IMG/VR virus record: IMGVR_UViG_3300029448_000015
Coordinates: 1-64,000 of that record
Length of the DNA stretch: 64,000 nt
Strand: one strand, 5' to 3'
From: a virus
The notes under the pieces were generated by a model. The model was not told the DNA's origin, ran no database searches, and saw only the letters and a list, made by a program, of their open reading frames with translations. The stretch's first letter is position 1. Each line of letters opens with the position of its first letter. Positions 28,249-37,508 of this stretch are shown one piece after another. Made by a program: the position numbers and the translations under genes.

Positions 28249-29202
28249 ATGGCTACTTCAACTTATCCTGCTACTGGCGGGTTCGTCGGTAATACAGATG
28301 CTGCTACTTTTATCCCTGAAATTTGGAGTGATGAAGTTGTAGCTGCATATCAAGCTAATCTTGTTCTTGCAAATCTTGTTAAAAAGATTTCAATGCAGGG
28401 CAAGAAAGGTGACACTCTTCATATACCAAAACCTGTTCGTGGTTCAGCTAATGCTAAAGCTGAGAACACAGCAGTTACAGTACAAAATGCTACTGAAGGT
28501 GAAGTACAAGTTTCAGTAAATAAGCACTTTGAATACTCTCGTATTATTGAAGACATTACTGAAGCTCAAGCTTTGTCTTCCCTCCGTCAATTCTACACTG
28601 GTGATGCTGGCTATGCTTTGGCAAAACAAGTAGACACTGATATTTTTGCTTTAGGCAAAGACTTAGGTGACAGCGATGGAGCAGACTACGTACACTCCGC
28701 TTCTTTTTACATTGACGCTTCCAGTGGTTTGTCTGCTTATGCAGTAGATACTGTAGCGGCTGCTGATGTATTCACAGATGCAGGGTTTCGTGCTTTGATT
28801 CAAAAGATGGATGATGCTGATGTCCCTATGGACAACAGAGCGTTTGTCGTTCCTCCCTCATTACGTAATGCTATCATGGGCATTGATCGTTACGTATCTT
28901 CCGACTTTGTAGATAACAGAGGTGTTGATAGCGGTAAAATCGGTAATCTTTATGGTATCGATATTTACGTATCTACTAATGTACCGATTATCGAAACTGC
29001 GTCTGCTAACAGTGCTGGCGGTGACGTTAAAGGTGCAATGTTAATCCACAAAGATACTTTTGTTCTTGCAGAGCAACAGGGCATACGCTCTCAAACTCAG
29101 TACAAGCAAGAGTGGCTTGGAACTTTGTATACTGCGGATATGTTGTATGGCGTTAAAGTCTTACGAACAGACGCAGGTTTTGTTTTGGCTGTTAACGGCT
29201 AA
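28249..29202 (+). CDS. Major capsid protein
   Basis: FIPEIWS, KKGDTLHIP, GKIGNLYG, D.LYG.K.LR; strong SD. Confidence 0.9.
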   Translation: MATSTYPATGGFVGNTDAATFIPEIWSDEVVAAYQANLVLANLVKKISMQGKKGDTLHIPKPVRGSANAKAENTAVTVQNATEGEVQVSVNKHFEYSRIIEDITEAQALSSLRQFYTGDAGYALAKQVDTDIFALGKDLGDSDGADYVHSASFYIDASSGLSAYAVDTVAAADVFTDAGFRALIQKMDDADVPMDNRAFVVPPSLRNAIMGIDRYVSSDFVDNRGVDSGKIGNLYGIDIYVSTNVPIIETASANSAGGDVKGAMLIHKDTFVLAEQQGIRSQTQYKQEWLGTLYTADMLYGVKVLRTDAGFVLAVNG

Positions 29203-29224
29203 GACTTTCTCTTTATAGAGATTA

Positions 29225-29260
29225 AGTGTGGAGAGAATTTTTATGGTTCTCTCTGCACTA
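29225..29260 (+). terminator. Stem-loop after MCP
   Basis: agtgtggagagaa / ttctctctgcact inverted repeat; weak U tract. Confidence 0.45.
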
Positions 29261-29298
29261 CTCTATAAATAATAATCTGATAGTTTTAGGATGTTTTA

Positions 29299-30705
29299 AT
29301 GCCTACTCAAATTATTACTAAAAACTCTAGTACAGGTTCCTCCGTACCTTCTGCCTCTGATCTAGTTCAGGGAGAACTTGCAGTTAATGTTACTGACAAG
29401 AGATTATTTACAGAAAATTCTAGTGGAGCAGTTGTAGAGTTAGCGACTAATCCTTCTACCTTAACAATAGGTTCTGTTTCCGTAACCGCTATTCTTGATG
29501 AAGATAATTTTGCTAGTAATTCAGCAACATCATTAGCTACCCAACAATCTATAAAAGCTTATGTAGACAGCACTGGTTCTGGAACAATGACTAGCTGGAT
29601 ACTAGAAGATGGAGATGGTACTGAAGTATCAGTTTCAAATGCTAAAGAAGTTAAGTTTGTTGAAGGTGGCGGTTTAGACATTAATTGGACTGATACTGAT
29701 AATGGCACAGACGGAGATCCCTACGATTTAACTTTTACTGTCAATGCTGCTCAAACTGGAATTACAAGTCTTCTTGCTACGGATATAAAAATCGGTGAAG
29801 ACGATCAAACTAAGATTGACTTTGAAACAGCAGACACAATTAATTTTTATGCAGGAAATACAAAACAACTTTCTTTGACTGATGGTGCTTTAAACATTAT
29901 GGCACAGGGGGATCTAAGGTTAGAAGATTCCAGTGGCGGTGAATACGTCGCTCTGCAAGCCCCATCAAGTTTAAGCTCGTCATATACCTTAACGCTGCCA
30001 GCAGATGATGGGGCGAGTTCTCAAATTCTTAGCACTGACGGCTCTGGGGTCTTATCGTGGGCTAGTGTGTCCACCGCAGGATTAACAGACGGTTCTGTCA
30101 CTACAGCAAAACTAGCTGATGACGCAGTTACTTCTGCAAAACTCGCTCATGCTTTAGACATTACTACTTCTGTATCTGTTGGAGGAAGTTCTGACGGTGT
30201 AGCAATTAGTCAAGGCGCAATAGCTCTAAAGAATGGTGGCGCTCAGTCCCGTATAGATTTTTATTGTGAAAGCAGTAATGCTCACTATACAAGAGTACAA
30301 GCGGCTGCTCATAGTGCCTACTCAGGAAATATAACCCTAACTTTGCCAGCTTCAACGGGTACGTCTGGACAAGCAATGGTTACAGATGGATCAGGAAATC
30401 TTAGTTTTGCTACAGTAGAAGGAGCGTATAGTGCGTGGGCTATTAAAGCTGCAAGCGATCATCCTTATACCGCATCTCACAAAGATCAATTAATTATTAA
30501 CAGTGCTTCTGCATTTACAGTGACACTACCAGCAGGATCATCAGGAAACACAGTCATTATATGTAATGCTGGGGCTGGGGCTGTAACAATAGGAAGAAAC
30601 GGTAGTGAAAAAATAAATTCAGCAGCAGAAGACGGTTCATTACCACAGGGTAATTCAGTTCAACTTGTTTATGTCGATGGTACTATCGGCTGGTTTGAGA
30701 TTTAG
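29299..30705 (+). CDS. Tail fibre protein
   Basis: L..GELAVN.TDKRLF, QQSIKAYVD, TLTLP..DG..GQ.L.TDGSG.LSW modules, VT.AKLA repeats. Confidence 0.8.
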   Translation: MPTQIITKNSSTGSSVPSASDLVQGELAVNVTDKRLFTENSSGAVVELATNPSTLTIGSVSVTAILDEDNFASNSATSLATQQSIKAYVDSTGSGTMTSWILEDGDGTEVSVSNAKEVKFVEGGGLDINWTDTDNGTDGDPYDLTFTVNAAQTGITSLLATDIKIGEDDQTKIDFETADTINFYAGNTKQLSLTDGALNIMAQGDLRLEDSSGGEYVALQAPSSLSSSYTLTLPADDGASSQILSTDGSGVLSWASVSTAGLTDGSVTTAKLADDAVTSAKLAHALDITTSVSVGGSSDGVAISQGAIALKNGGAQSRIDFYCESSNAHYTRVQAAAHSAYSGNITLTLPASTGTSGQAMVTDGSGNLSFATVEGAYSAWAIKAASDHPYTASHKDQLIINSASAFTVTLPAGSSGNTVIICNAGAGAVTIGRNGSEKINSAAEDGSLPQGNSVQLVYVDGTIGWFEI

Positions 30706-30714
30706 GAGAAGAGT

Positions 30715-32688
30715 ATGGCAGTTTTAGGTGGTGGTGGTGGAGCAGGTGATACCTACACAGCTTCAACAGCAGTAGCAGACATTCCTGTAGAAAGCGGTAA
30801 AAGTTATGCTTTATCGTCAGATGGCAAACTTGTCCCCTCTGATTTAATAGTTACAAAAAGACAAGCACTAACTGTTCCTGCAAGCAATGTTTATGGTGGT
30901 TCGGGCTATGCCTATGCTTTTAACGTATATGGCGACATGGTTACTCCAGATGGAAAAGCAACTTTTCACTTTATTGGTGATAACGGTAACGGTAATTACG
31001 GCATATTTTATATTTCTTTAGATAGAGGACTCACCAGCAATGGCCCTGTAATGGATTCTACTACAGGAAATCCATTTGATAGAAGTATCGGATGGGGTGG
31101 TAGTACGGGTGCTAGGATGTATATGAGATTGCTTGGTGAAGATGATACTTATTACTATTATACTTTGTTCTGTGATTTTTATGAAGCTTCAACGTCTTCT
31201 ACTAACTATAGTGTTGGTAGAGGTATTATGGTTAAAAAAGCTGACTATACCTTTAATACTACTGGAACAGATGATGTAGCAGGTGCTCAATCTCCTATAT
31301 GGCGAACAAGAACTGCAACTAATGTAAGCAACTATCAACACGATCACGACTATTCAAGACAAAGTAAACAATTCTTTTTTACCTGTAGAAATAAAGATAT
31401 TTTTGTTTGGACAGAAGGGCTTAATTCAGTGTCTGAATATGGATTCGTTTTAAATGCGGTAGACACTTATAGATCAAGTGATAGTACATATTGGGGTGGA
31501 ACAAGCATGGGGCTTCCAAAAACCTCTGGTGTTGAACAGTCAAATAATACTCATAGAGATAACGTAACAGCACAACAACATCTGCCTTTATTTAAAGTAG
31601 ATGATGCCAATGGTATATTTATAGCTCAGTATTATGCTGCCAGTGGAAGCAATAGTGGTCAGCATGTATTTTTAAAGTACACCATAGCTGCTGACCATAC
31701 AATTACAACATCCTCTGAAGTCCTTATAGGAGGAACTGATCCTGCTCAAGGTCAAGCAGGAAACGGACATTGGATAGCAACTTCAAATCCTTTAATTTAC
31801 TACTACCTTTACCATGATAGTGGGTCTTCTTTGTATTATACCCCATGTACTTGGAACTCAGATTGGACTACTGCTACATGGGGAACACAGGTTCAACTTA
31901 CTCTGCCAATAGCAATGACTGATGGTTATGGAACGAGTAATTGGGCTAACGATTACGATGATATATTGATGGGTGTAAAACACAGCGTTCCTGAAAAAGA
32001 ACTCTTTTTTATGACAGGTAATAGTGGTCACACAGATAGATCAGCACTTGCTCTTTCTTTTCCTGCTTCAGGTACTCCCTCAGTTTTAGGTACAGTTGCT
32101 CTTAATAAAGTACTTGATCATTCTTCTGCTGATTATAATGCTATGCACATGCAGTCTATGAACAATGGCACTATGTTTTCAGTTCAAGCTCAGGGAGGAA
32201 CTCATGAAACCTATGGGTATGCTATTCATTACACAGATTACTGGAATCCTAACTTTAAAAAAACTACGTCTAAACCTGCCATTGCAAGAGCAGACGGAGA
32301 CATAGGAGATACAGTAAATATTGATTTAAAGACAGGGGATACTGCTACTGCTACTTTATCTAGTAATTTTTATCTAACGAAAGAAAATATGTCTTATCCT
32401 CTGGATTCTGGAGATACATCCCCAGACCAGCCTAGTGTTATTAAATCTATTCAACGTGGTATAGCTTATCTTGATAACAATACTCAAGTTGGATACGCAG
32501 GAGCAAACATAACAATATCGCCAGTTAATACAAGTAAAGCTTTTCTTAATGTAAGTATGGGGCCAACATATAATAATGTTACTTCTATAGGAAGAGGGTT
32601 TTTATCTGGTTCTAATACAATTACATTTAATTTAGTTGCAGATAATACTGCTGCTTACTGGAACTGGGAGGTAATTGAGTATGTCTAG
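30715..32688 (+). CDS. Putative receptor-binding / tail protein
   Basis: Beta-rich, Y/G/S/T-rich; C-terminal IKSIQRG...W.V.EY domain. Confidence 0.65.
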   Translation: MAVLGGGGGAGDTYTASTAVADIPVESGKSYALSSDGKLVPSDLIVTKRQALTVPASNVYGGSGYAYAFNVYGDMVTPDGKATFHFIGDNGNGNYGIFYISLDRGLTSNGPVMDSTTGNPFDRSIGWGGSTGARMYMRLLGEDDTYYYYTLFCDFYEASTSSTNYSVGRGIMVKKADYTFNTTGTDDVAGAQSPIWRTRTATNVSNYQHDHDYSRQSKQFFFTCRNKDIFVWTEGLNSVSEYGFVLNAVDTYRSSDSTYWGGTSMGLPKTSGVEQSNNTHRDNVTAQQHLPLFKVDDANGIFIAQYYAASGSNSGQHVFLKYTIAADHTITTSSEVLIGGTDPAQGQAGNGHWIATSNPLIYYYLYHDSGSSLYYTPCTWNSDWTTATWGTQVQLTLPIAMTDGYGTSNWANDYDDILMGVKHSVPEKELFFMTGNSGHTDRSALALSFPASGTPSVLGTVALNKVLDHSSADYNAMHMQSMNNGTMFSVQAQGGTHETYGYAIHYTDYWNPNFKKTTSKPAIARADGDIGDTVNIDLKTGDTATATLSSNFYLTKENMSYPLDSGDTSPDQPSVIKSIQRGIAYLDNNTQVGYAGANITISPVNTSKAFLNVSMGPTYNNVTSIGRGFLSGSNTITFNLVADNTAAYWNWEVIEYV

Positions 32689-32908
32689 TTATACAATGGT
32701 TGTTAAAAACATGGAGTATGAAATAGGTGAAGGCGAAGATAAAGTTAAAAAAACCTATCCAACTGTTGTTGAAGTAAAAGATACAGTTAGTAATTTAAGC
32801 AGTCAAAGTGAACATTATGCACTTGACAGTTATGACATTACACTAGTTTCTAAAATCTATATAGATGGTAAATTTTACGATACAGCAGCAGACGTTCCAA
32901 CGGAGTAA
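32681..32908 (+). CDS. Small tail-associated protein / chaperone
   Basis: Coupled to the preceding gene, SD ggagg. Confidence 0.55.
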   Translation: MSSYTMVVKNMEYEIGEGEDKVKKTYPTVVEVKDTVSNLSSQSEHYALDSYDITLVSKIYIDGKFYDTAADVPTE

Positions 32909-32911
32909 TTA

Positions 32912-32947
32912 ATGCTGGCAGAAGTAGCAACCTGTATTGAAGACTGA
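32912..32947 (+). pseudogene. 5' remnant of the MLAEV..CIS gene family
   Basis: ATGCTGGCAGAAGTAGCAACCTGTATT matches the starts of 6247 and 45779, then stops after 11 codons. Confidence 0.6.
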
Positions 32948-32950
32948 CTA

Positions 32951-33142
32951 ATGAAAGTTGCTAATACACCTATGCAAATTAACTGGAAGCAAGTTGCTAT
33001 ACAAAAGCAACAAAGGCTTGAGACAGGAGGTAAAGGAGAAACATTGAAGCAAATGTCTGATATTCAAATAGATGTTTATAGTAAGCAAGCTAAAAAGATA
33101 GAAGTGCATAGTATGCCTTCTTCTGTTAATTATTCTGTTTAA
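32951..33142 (+). CDS. Hypothetical protein
   Basis: ORF track. Confidence 0.55.
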   Translation: MKVANTPMQINWKQVAIQKQQRLETGGKGETLKQMSDIQIDVYSKQAKKIEVHSMPSSVNYSV

Positions 33143-33155
33143 AGGTAGCTATTAA

Positions 33156-33431
33156 ATGTATACACAATTAGTTATAGATTTTTTTAAAAAAGTTTTAGAA
33201 ACTATAAAATCTTGGATTCTATTAGCTTGGAAAACTGTAAGTTCTGCTGAGTTTTGGATAGTTCCTCCTAAAGATATAGAAGTTTGTACTACTCCTTTAG
33301 AAGTAATTGCAGATAAAGGAATAGAGCCTGAAACAGGTGAATTATATATAGATCCTAAAACTAATGCTCCTTATATAGATCCTATGACTAATAAACCTTA
33401 TCCAGAGATTAATTTAAATGGAAAAGATTGA
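33156..33431 (+). CDS. Hypothetical protein spanning the A/B junction
   Basis: Shares 26 identical codons with 1-309, then diverges. Confidence 0.75.
   Translation: MYTQLVIDFFKKVLETIKSWILLAWKTVSSAEFWIVPPKDIEVCTTPLEVIADKGIEPETGELYIDPKTNAPYIDPMTNKPYPEINLNGKD
33189..33265 (+). repeat. 77-bp exact direct repeat, copy 2
   Basis: Identical to 1-77. Confidence 0.97.
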
Positions 33432-33642
33432 AGCTTTAGAAGTGGCCTTAGAAGCCCTTGAAAAAATCGCTAAACATGAAAAAGAGTGTGGCGAAAGATG
33501 GGCAGAGGCTTTAACAGAATTAAAAAATTTAAAAGTAGCTACTGACAATCATGCACAAAGATGGGAAAAAGTAGCATGGCTTGTTATAGGTACAGTTATT
33601 ACTACTGGTGCTGCTGCATCAGTTACATTATTAAGTATTTAA
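33418..33642 (+). CDS. Small coiled-coil protein with C-terminal TM (HEKECGERW family)
   Basis: Homolog of 686-919. Confidence 0.75.
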   Translation: MEKIEALEVALEALEKIAKHEKECGERWAEALTELKNLKVATDNHAQRWEKVAWLVIGTVITTGAAASVTLLSI

Positions 33643-33654
33643 ACGGAGTAAATT

Positions 33655-33924
33655 ATGCAACCTAGTAATCCTAATACACCTAGTTCTATTTCAAATAAAT
33701 TATCTGGTGGAGTTAACGATATTTATTTATCAGAAAATTCTAAAGTTTCTGGAGGAAACAGTAATATATATCTTACAGATGGGCAACAAGTTCCCGGTGG
33801 GGCTAACGATATTTATATTACTGAAAATATTAAAATAGCAGGAGGAGCTAACGATATTTATCTTTCTGATAATCAAGCTACTCCTCGTTCAGGTATTTAT
33901 TTACAAGATAATAAACCTGTATAA
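33655..33924 (+). CDS. 89-aa protein made of 15-aa GGxNDIYLxxN repeats
   Basis: 4-5 tandem 45-nt units; SD ggag. Confidence 0.7.
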   Translation: MQPSNPNTPSSISNKLSGGVNDIYLSENSKVSGGNSNIYLTDGQQVPGGANDIYITENIKIAGGANDIYLSDNQATPRSGIYLQDNKPV

Positions 33925-33941
33925 GTAAAAAGGTTAAAGTT

Positions 33942-36900
33942 ATGGCTAGAAAGTCTGCAAAAAATAAAAAAGCTTTAAAAAGAAAAAATGAAGCTATGAA
34001 GCGTAGTCGTGTTTTAAGACAGGATTATACTGTGGGTGGCAGAGTAAAAGCCTTTAATGGTCTTCCAGATGGTGTTCAGGAAGCTATAGATGCTGCACGG
34101 AAAGCAGAAGAGGAAGCAAGAAGAAAAGCTTCTGTAGATCAAGATAAGTCACCTCAAGAAGCACAACAAGCTCAAGTGCAACCTATTTCTACCCCCACAG
34201 CAACTCCTGTTACACGCCAAGTACAAGAAGATATTACACCTACTCCTTTTACGCAAAGAGTAGTTCCTGTTCGTAGAAAGCCTACTATTGTTTCAGATCC
34301 TAGAAAAGAGTTTATTCCTGATGAAACAATTATAAATCCAAGAACAGGACAAAGTGTAACGCCTCCTCCAATTACTACTAGACGTACTACTACACCTACT
34401 ACATCTACTACATCTACTACAGAAGATTCTGATACTACAACAGTAAAAAAAGATGAACAAACAATATTACCAGTAGAACCTGACGATTATGGTTCTAGAT
34501 ATGATGGTAAACAATATTCGGAAGGTGACTACGATATTATTAGGCGTGGTGGTGGAGATAAAAATTCTGATAATTTTATTACAGAAGAAGAGTGGGCTAC
34601 GTGGATGCTTAATAAAGGCCCAACTCCCGGTTTTGAAGAAGGATGGACAAATAAATTAAAAGAAGTTGCTGCACAAGGAGATTTAAGACCTTCAACTGTT
34701 ACAGCTATTTATGAAAAATTAGGTATTGCTAATGAAGATAGACCATTAATAGATTTCAGTGGGCCTTACCCTGTTACTGCATTAACTAGAAAAGATTTTA
34801 ATTCTGACTCAGCTTTTGGTACTTATAAAGACGAGTATGATAAAACTGTAAAAGTTTGGGAAAATATGACTCCTTTAAGGAGAACTCAATATTTTTCATC
34901 TTTAGGCCCACCTGACAGAGATAAACTTGATGTAACTTTAGAAGGTAGAAAAGTAGTTGGTGATCCTGCTAAAGACGTTTTAAAAAGAATAAAAGATGAT
35001 TTACCTAAAGTAGATGATCCTGAAGCTATTGATACAACAAAAACTGATTTAGATACAGATAAAAGTACATTAACTTCTGATGAACAAATTCAAAAAATAA
35101 GTGCTCCTGTTGATGTAGGCACACGAACAATAAGTCCCGGTAGTATTGATGTTACTACTGCAGAAGTTAGTCAAGCAAGTGATCCTACAATAGATGCTAT
35201 TTCTAAATTAAATATTGATAGAAGTACAACTAGTAAAACTCCTTTTGCTACAACTGAATTTGAAAGAGAAGCTGAAGCTATCAGAGGTGATTTATCAGAA
35301 CGTGCTTCTCCTGCTGAAATAGATGCTATTAGAGAAGAATTATCTAAAGGTCAAAGAGTAGTTTTTAGAGGAGAACCTGTTGTTGTAGATCCTGTTACAG
35401 GCAACCCTGTTGTAATGTCTCCTGTAACTGCAGCAGAAAAACAAAGAAGAGAAGCAATTTTAGATGAAACTCCTGCTGAAGGGGAAGAAGCTATTATAGT
35501 AAATAACTTAGGTTATGAAGCTTCTCAAAGAAGAGAGTTAACAGGTGAAGCTGCTAAAGGTGATGCAGTTTCTTTTATAGAAGATATTTCATCTAGAGGT
35601 GATGTTTCTGCTATTCCTTCAAGAATAGTAGAGACTATTCTAGACAATCCTGCTCAAGTAACTGCTCAAATAGATCAAAATCCTGTAGAAGTACAAGCAG
35701 CTATAGCAGCTTTACCCGAAGAAGCTTTAGTATCTGCACAACTTGAAAATCTTTTAGCAGGAATTGATGAAGGTGTTACTCCTGCATGGGCTAGACCTGC
35801 TGTTCAATTAGTAGAATCTAGGATGAGTGCTAGAGGTTTAAGTGTTTCTACAGTAGGAAGAGATGCATTATTTAATGCTATTATTCAAACAGCTTTACCT
35901 ATAGCTCAAAGTAATGCAACAGCTTTACAACAAAGAGCTACTCAAAATTTATCTAATGAGCAGCAAGCTAATATACAGCAAGCTTCTCAAGATATGCAAT
36001 TAAGACTTACTAATTTAGGTAATAGACAAGCATCGGGATCTCAAACTGCTCAGTTAGCACAACAAATAAATTTAGCTCAAGGTGACATTACTAAACAAAC
36101 TGTTTTAACTGAAGCTCAACAAACACAACAATTAAGATTACAAAGTCTTCAAAATGAGCAACAAGCAGCTATAGCTAATTTAGGTAATGATCAACAAATA
36201 GAAGTAGCTAATTTACAAGTAGAGGCAGCTAGACTTGGAGCTAACCAAAGTGCAGTAAATCAAGAAAGACTTGCTGAAATGCAAGTAGCTGCTAATTTCT
36301 TACAAAAGAATGGTGAGTTTGCTCAACAAATGGAAGTAGCTAACTTATCTAACGATCAACAAATGAGGTTAGCTTTTCTTACATCTAAGAATCAAGCGGA
36401 GTCTCAGAACCTTACTGCTGCACAACAAACAGAATTAGCAAATCTTAATAGTCGTTTAGAGTTAAATAAAATAAATTCAAATTTAGCTCAACAGATGGGA
36501 TTAGCTCAGTTAAATGTTGATCAACAACAAGCAATGCAGAATGCTTCTGTAGTAGCTAATATGGACTTATCGGAGTTCAATGCTGAACAACAAATGGAAA
36601 TAGCTAATAGTAAGTTTATGCAGACTATATCTTTGCAAGATTTTTCTCAAAGACAACAATCTACTATGCAAAATGCAACAACATTAGCTTCTATGGATTT
36701 ACAAGTTGCAGATGCATTAACTAAAGTAAGTATTGAAAATGCTAGAAACTTTTTACAAGTAGATATGGCTAATTTAAATACTGAACAACAAGCTTATATA
36801 TTAGATTCTCAACAATCACAGCAAGTAATGTTAAGTAATACGGCTGCTGAAAATGCTGCAAGACAATTTAATGCTACTAGTGATAATCAAAGAGATCAAT

Positions 36901-37505
36901 TCATGACTAGTTTAGGAGCACAACTAGAACAATTTAATACTAGTCAAAATAATGCTATGTCACAATTTAATGCTACTGAAGCTAATCGTTTAGCTGCAAT
37001 TGATGCCGGGAATATTTTGGATGCTTCAAAAGCTGAAGCAAGTTTGAATAGCCAAATAGATCAATTTAATACTCAAATGGATTTACAAAGAGATCAATGG
37101 AATGCTCAGAATGAGCAAGCTGTTATTCAATCTAATATAAACTGGAGAAGACAACTTAACTTAGCTGAAACTGCTGCTGAGAATGGTGCGAATCAACAAG
37201 CAGCTAATCAAACTTTTCAATTAAGTGCTGCTGAACAATCTTTTGTATGGCAAACTTTAAGAGATGAAGCTACTTATCTAAGACAACAATATGAGTCTGA
37301 AGAAACTAGAAAAACTAATTTATATGCTACTGCTCTTAGCAATGAGTCAGATAAAGCTATAAACGCTCAAAATAGTACATTTAGTAGAATTGATAATTTA
37401 ATAGGTGTTAGTGGTTCAAATACAAGCCCTAGATCAAATTATAGTCCTGCTATTGATACTATGAGCAATGAAGATTTAGAAAGAATAAAACAATTTACAG
37501 GATAA
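33942..37505 (+). CDS. Large Q/A/N-rich internal virion protein
   Basis: 1187 aa; TP.WARPAV motif, long Q/N/A helical repeats, EF-hand-like DKNSDNFITEEE. Confidence 0.6.
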   Translation: MARKSAKNKKALKRKNEAMKRSRVLRQDYTVGGRVKAFNGLPDGVQEAIDAARKAEEEARRKASVDQDKSPQEAQQAQVQPISTPTATPVTRQVQEDITPTPFTQRVVPVRRKPTIVSDPRKEFIPDETIINPRTGQSVTPPPITTRRTTTPTTSTTSTTEDSDTTTVKKDEQTILPVEPDDYGSRYDGKQYSEGDYDIIRRGGGDKNSDNFITEEEWATWMLNKGPTPGFEEGWTNKLKEVAAQGDLRPSTVTAIYEKLGIANEDRPLIDFSGPYPVTALTRKDFNSDSAFGTYKDEYDKTVKVWENMTPLRRTQYFSSLGPPDRDKLDVTLEGRKVVGDPAKDVLKRIKDDLPKVDDPEAIDTTKTDLDTDKSTLTSDEQIQKISAPVDVGTRTISPGSIDVTTAEVSQASDPTIDAISKLNIDRSTTSKTPFATTEFEREAEAIRGDLSERASPAEIDAIREELSKGQRVVFRGEPVVVDPVTGNPVVMSPVTAAEKQRREAILDETPAEGEEAIIVNNLGYEASQRRELTGEAAKGDAVSFIEDISSRGDVSAIPSRIVETILDNPAQVTAQIDQNPVEVQAAIAALPEEALVSAQLENLLAGIDEGVTPAWARPAVQLVESRMSARGLSVSTVGRDALFNAIIQTALPIAQSNATALQQRATQNLSNEQQANIQQASQDMQLRLTNLGNRQASGSQTAQLAQQINLAQGDITKQTVLTEAQQTQQLRLQSLQNEQQAAIANLGNDQQIEVANLQVEAARLGANQSAVNQERLAEMQVAANFLQKNGEFAQQMEVANLSNDQQMRLAFLTSKNQAESQNLTAAQQTELANLNSRLELNKINSNLAQQMGLAQLNVDQQQAMQNASVVANMDLSEFNAEQQMEIANSKFMQTISLQDFSQRQQSTMQNATTLASMDLQVADALTKVSIENARNFLQVDMANLNTEQQAYILDSQQSQQVMLSNTAAENAARQFNATSDNQRDQFMTSLGAQLEQFNTSQNNAMSQFNATEANRLAAIDAGNILDASKAEASLNSQIDQFNTQMDLQRDQWNAQNEQAVIQSNINWRRQLNLAETAAENGANQQAANQTFQLSAAEQSFVWQTLRDEATYLRQQYESEETRKTNLYATALSNESDKAINAQNSTFSRIDNLIGVSGSNTSPRSNYSPAIDTMSNEDLERIKQFTG

Positions 37506-37508
37506 TGT

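Larger units (their letters stand above)
1..33188. mobile_element. Phage A: complete circularly permuted lytic podovirus-like genome (T7-like replisome without RNAP; P22-like portal and capsid module)
   Basis: Full set of terS/terL, portal, scaffold, MCP, tail, lysis and replication genes. Sequence at 33189 restarts the sequence at position 1, and circularising restores an intact ORF. Confidence 0.9.

Noticed and set aside
28249-29270. Programmed frameshift or readthrough extension of the capsid (T7 10B-like)
   Set aside because: No slippery heptamer near the stop and only a short downstream frame
29299-32908. Diversity-generating retroelement or invertible tail-fibre cassette
   Set aside because: No reverse transcriptase, invertase or TR/VR repeat pair seen
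33189-33265. 77-bp repeat as a biological direct terminal repeat or att core
   Set aside because: It lies mid-CDS in the late arm rather than in the non-coding region between arms, homology continues with mismatches after it, and its length equals a common assembler k-mer
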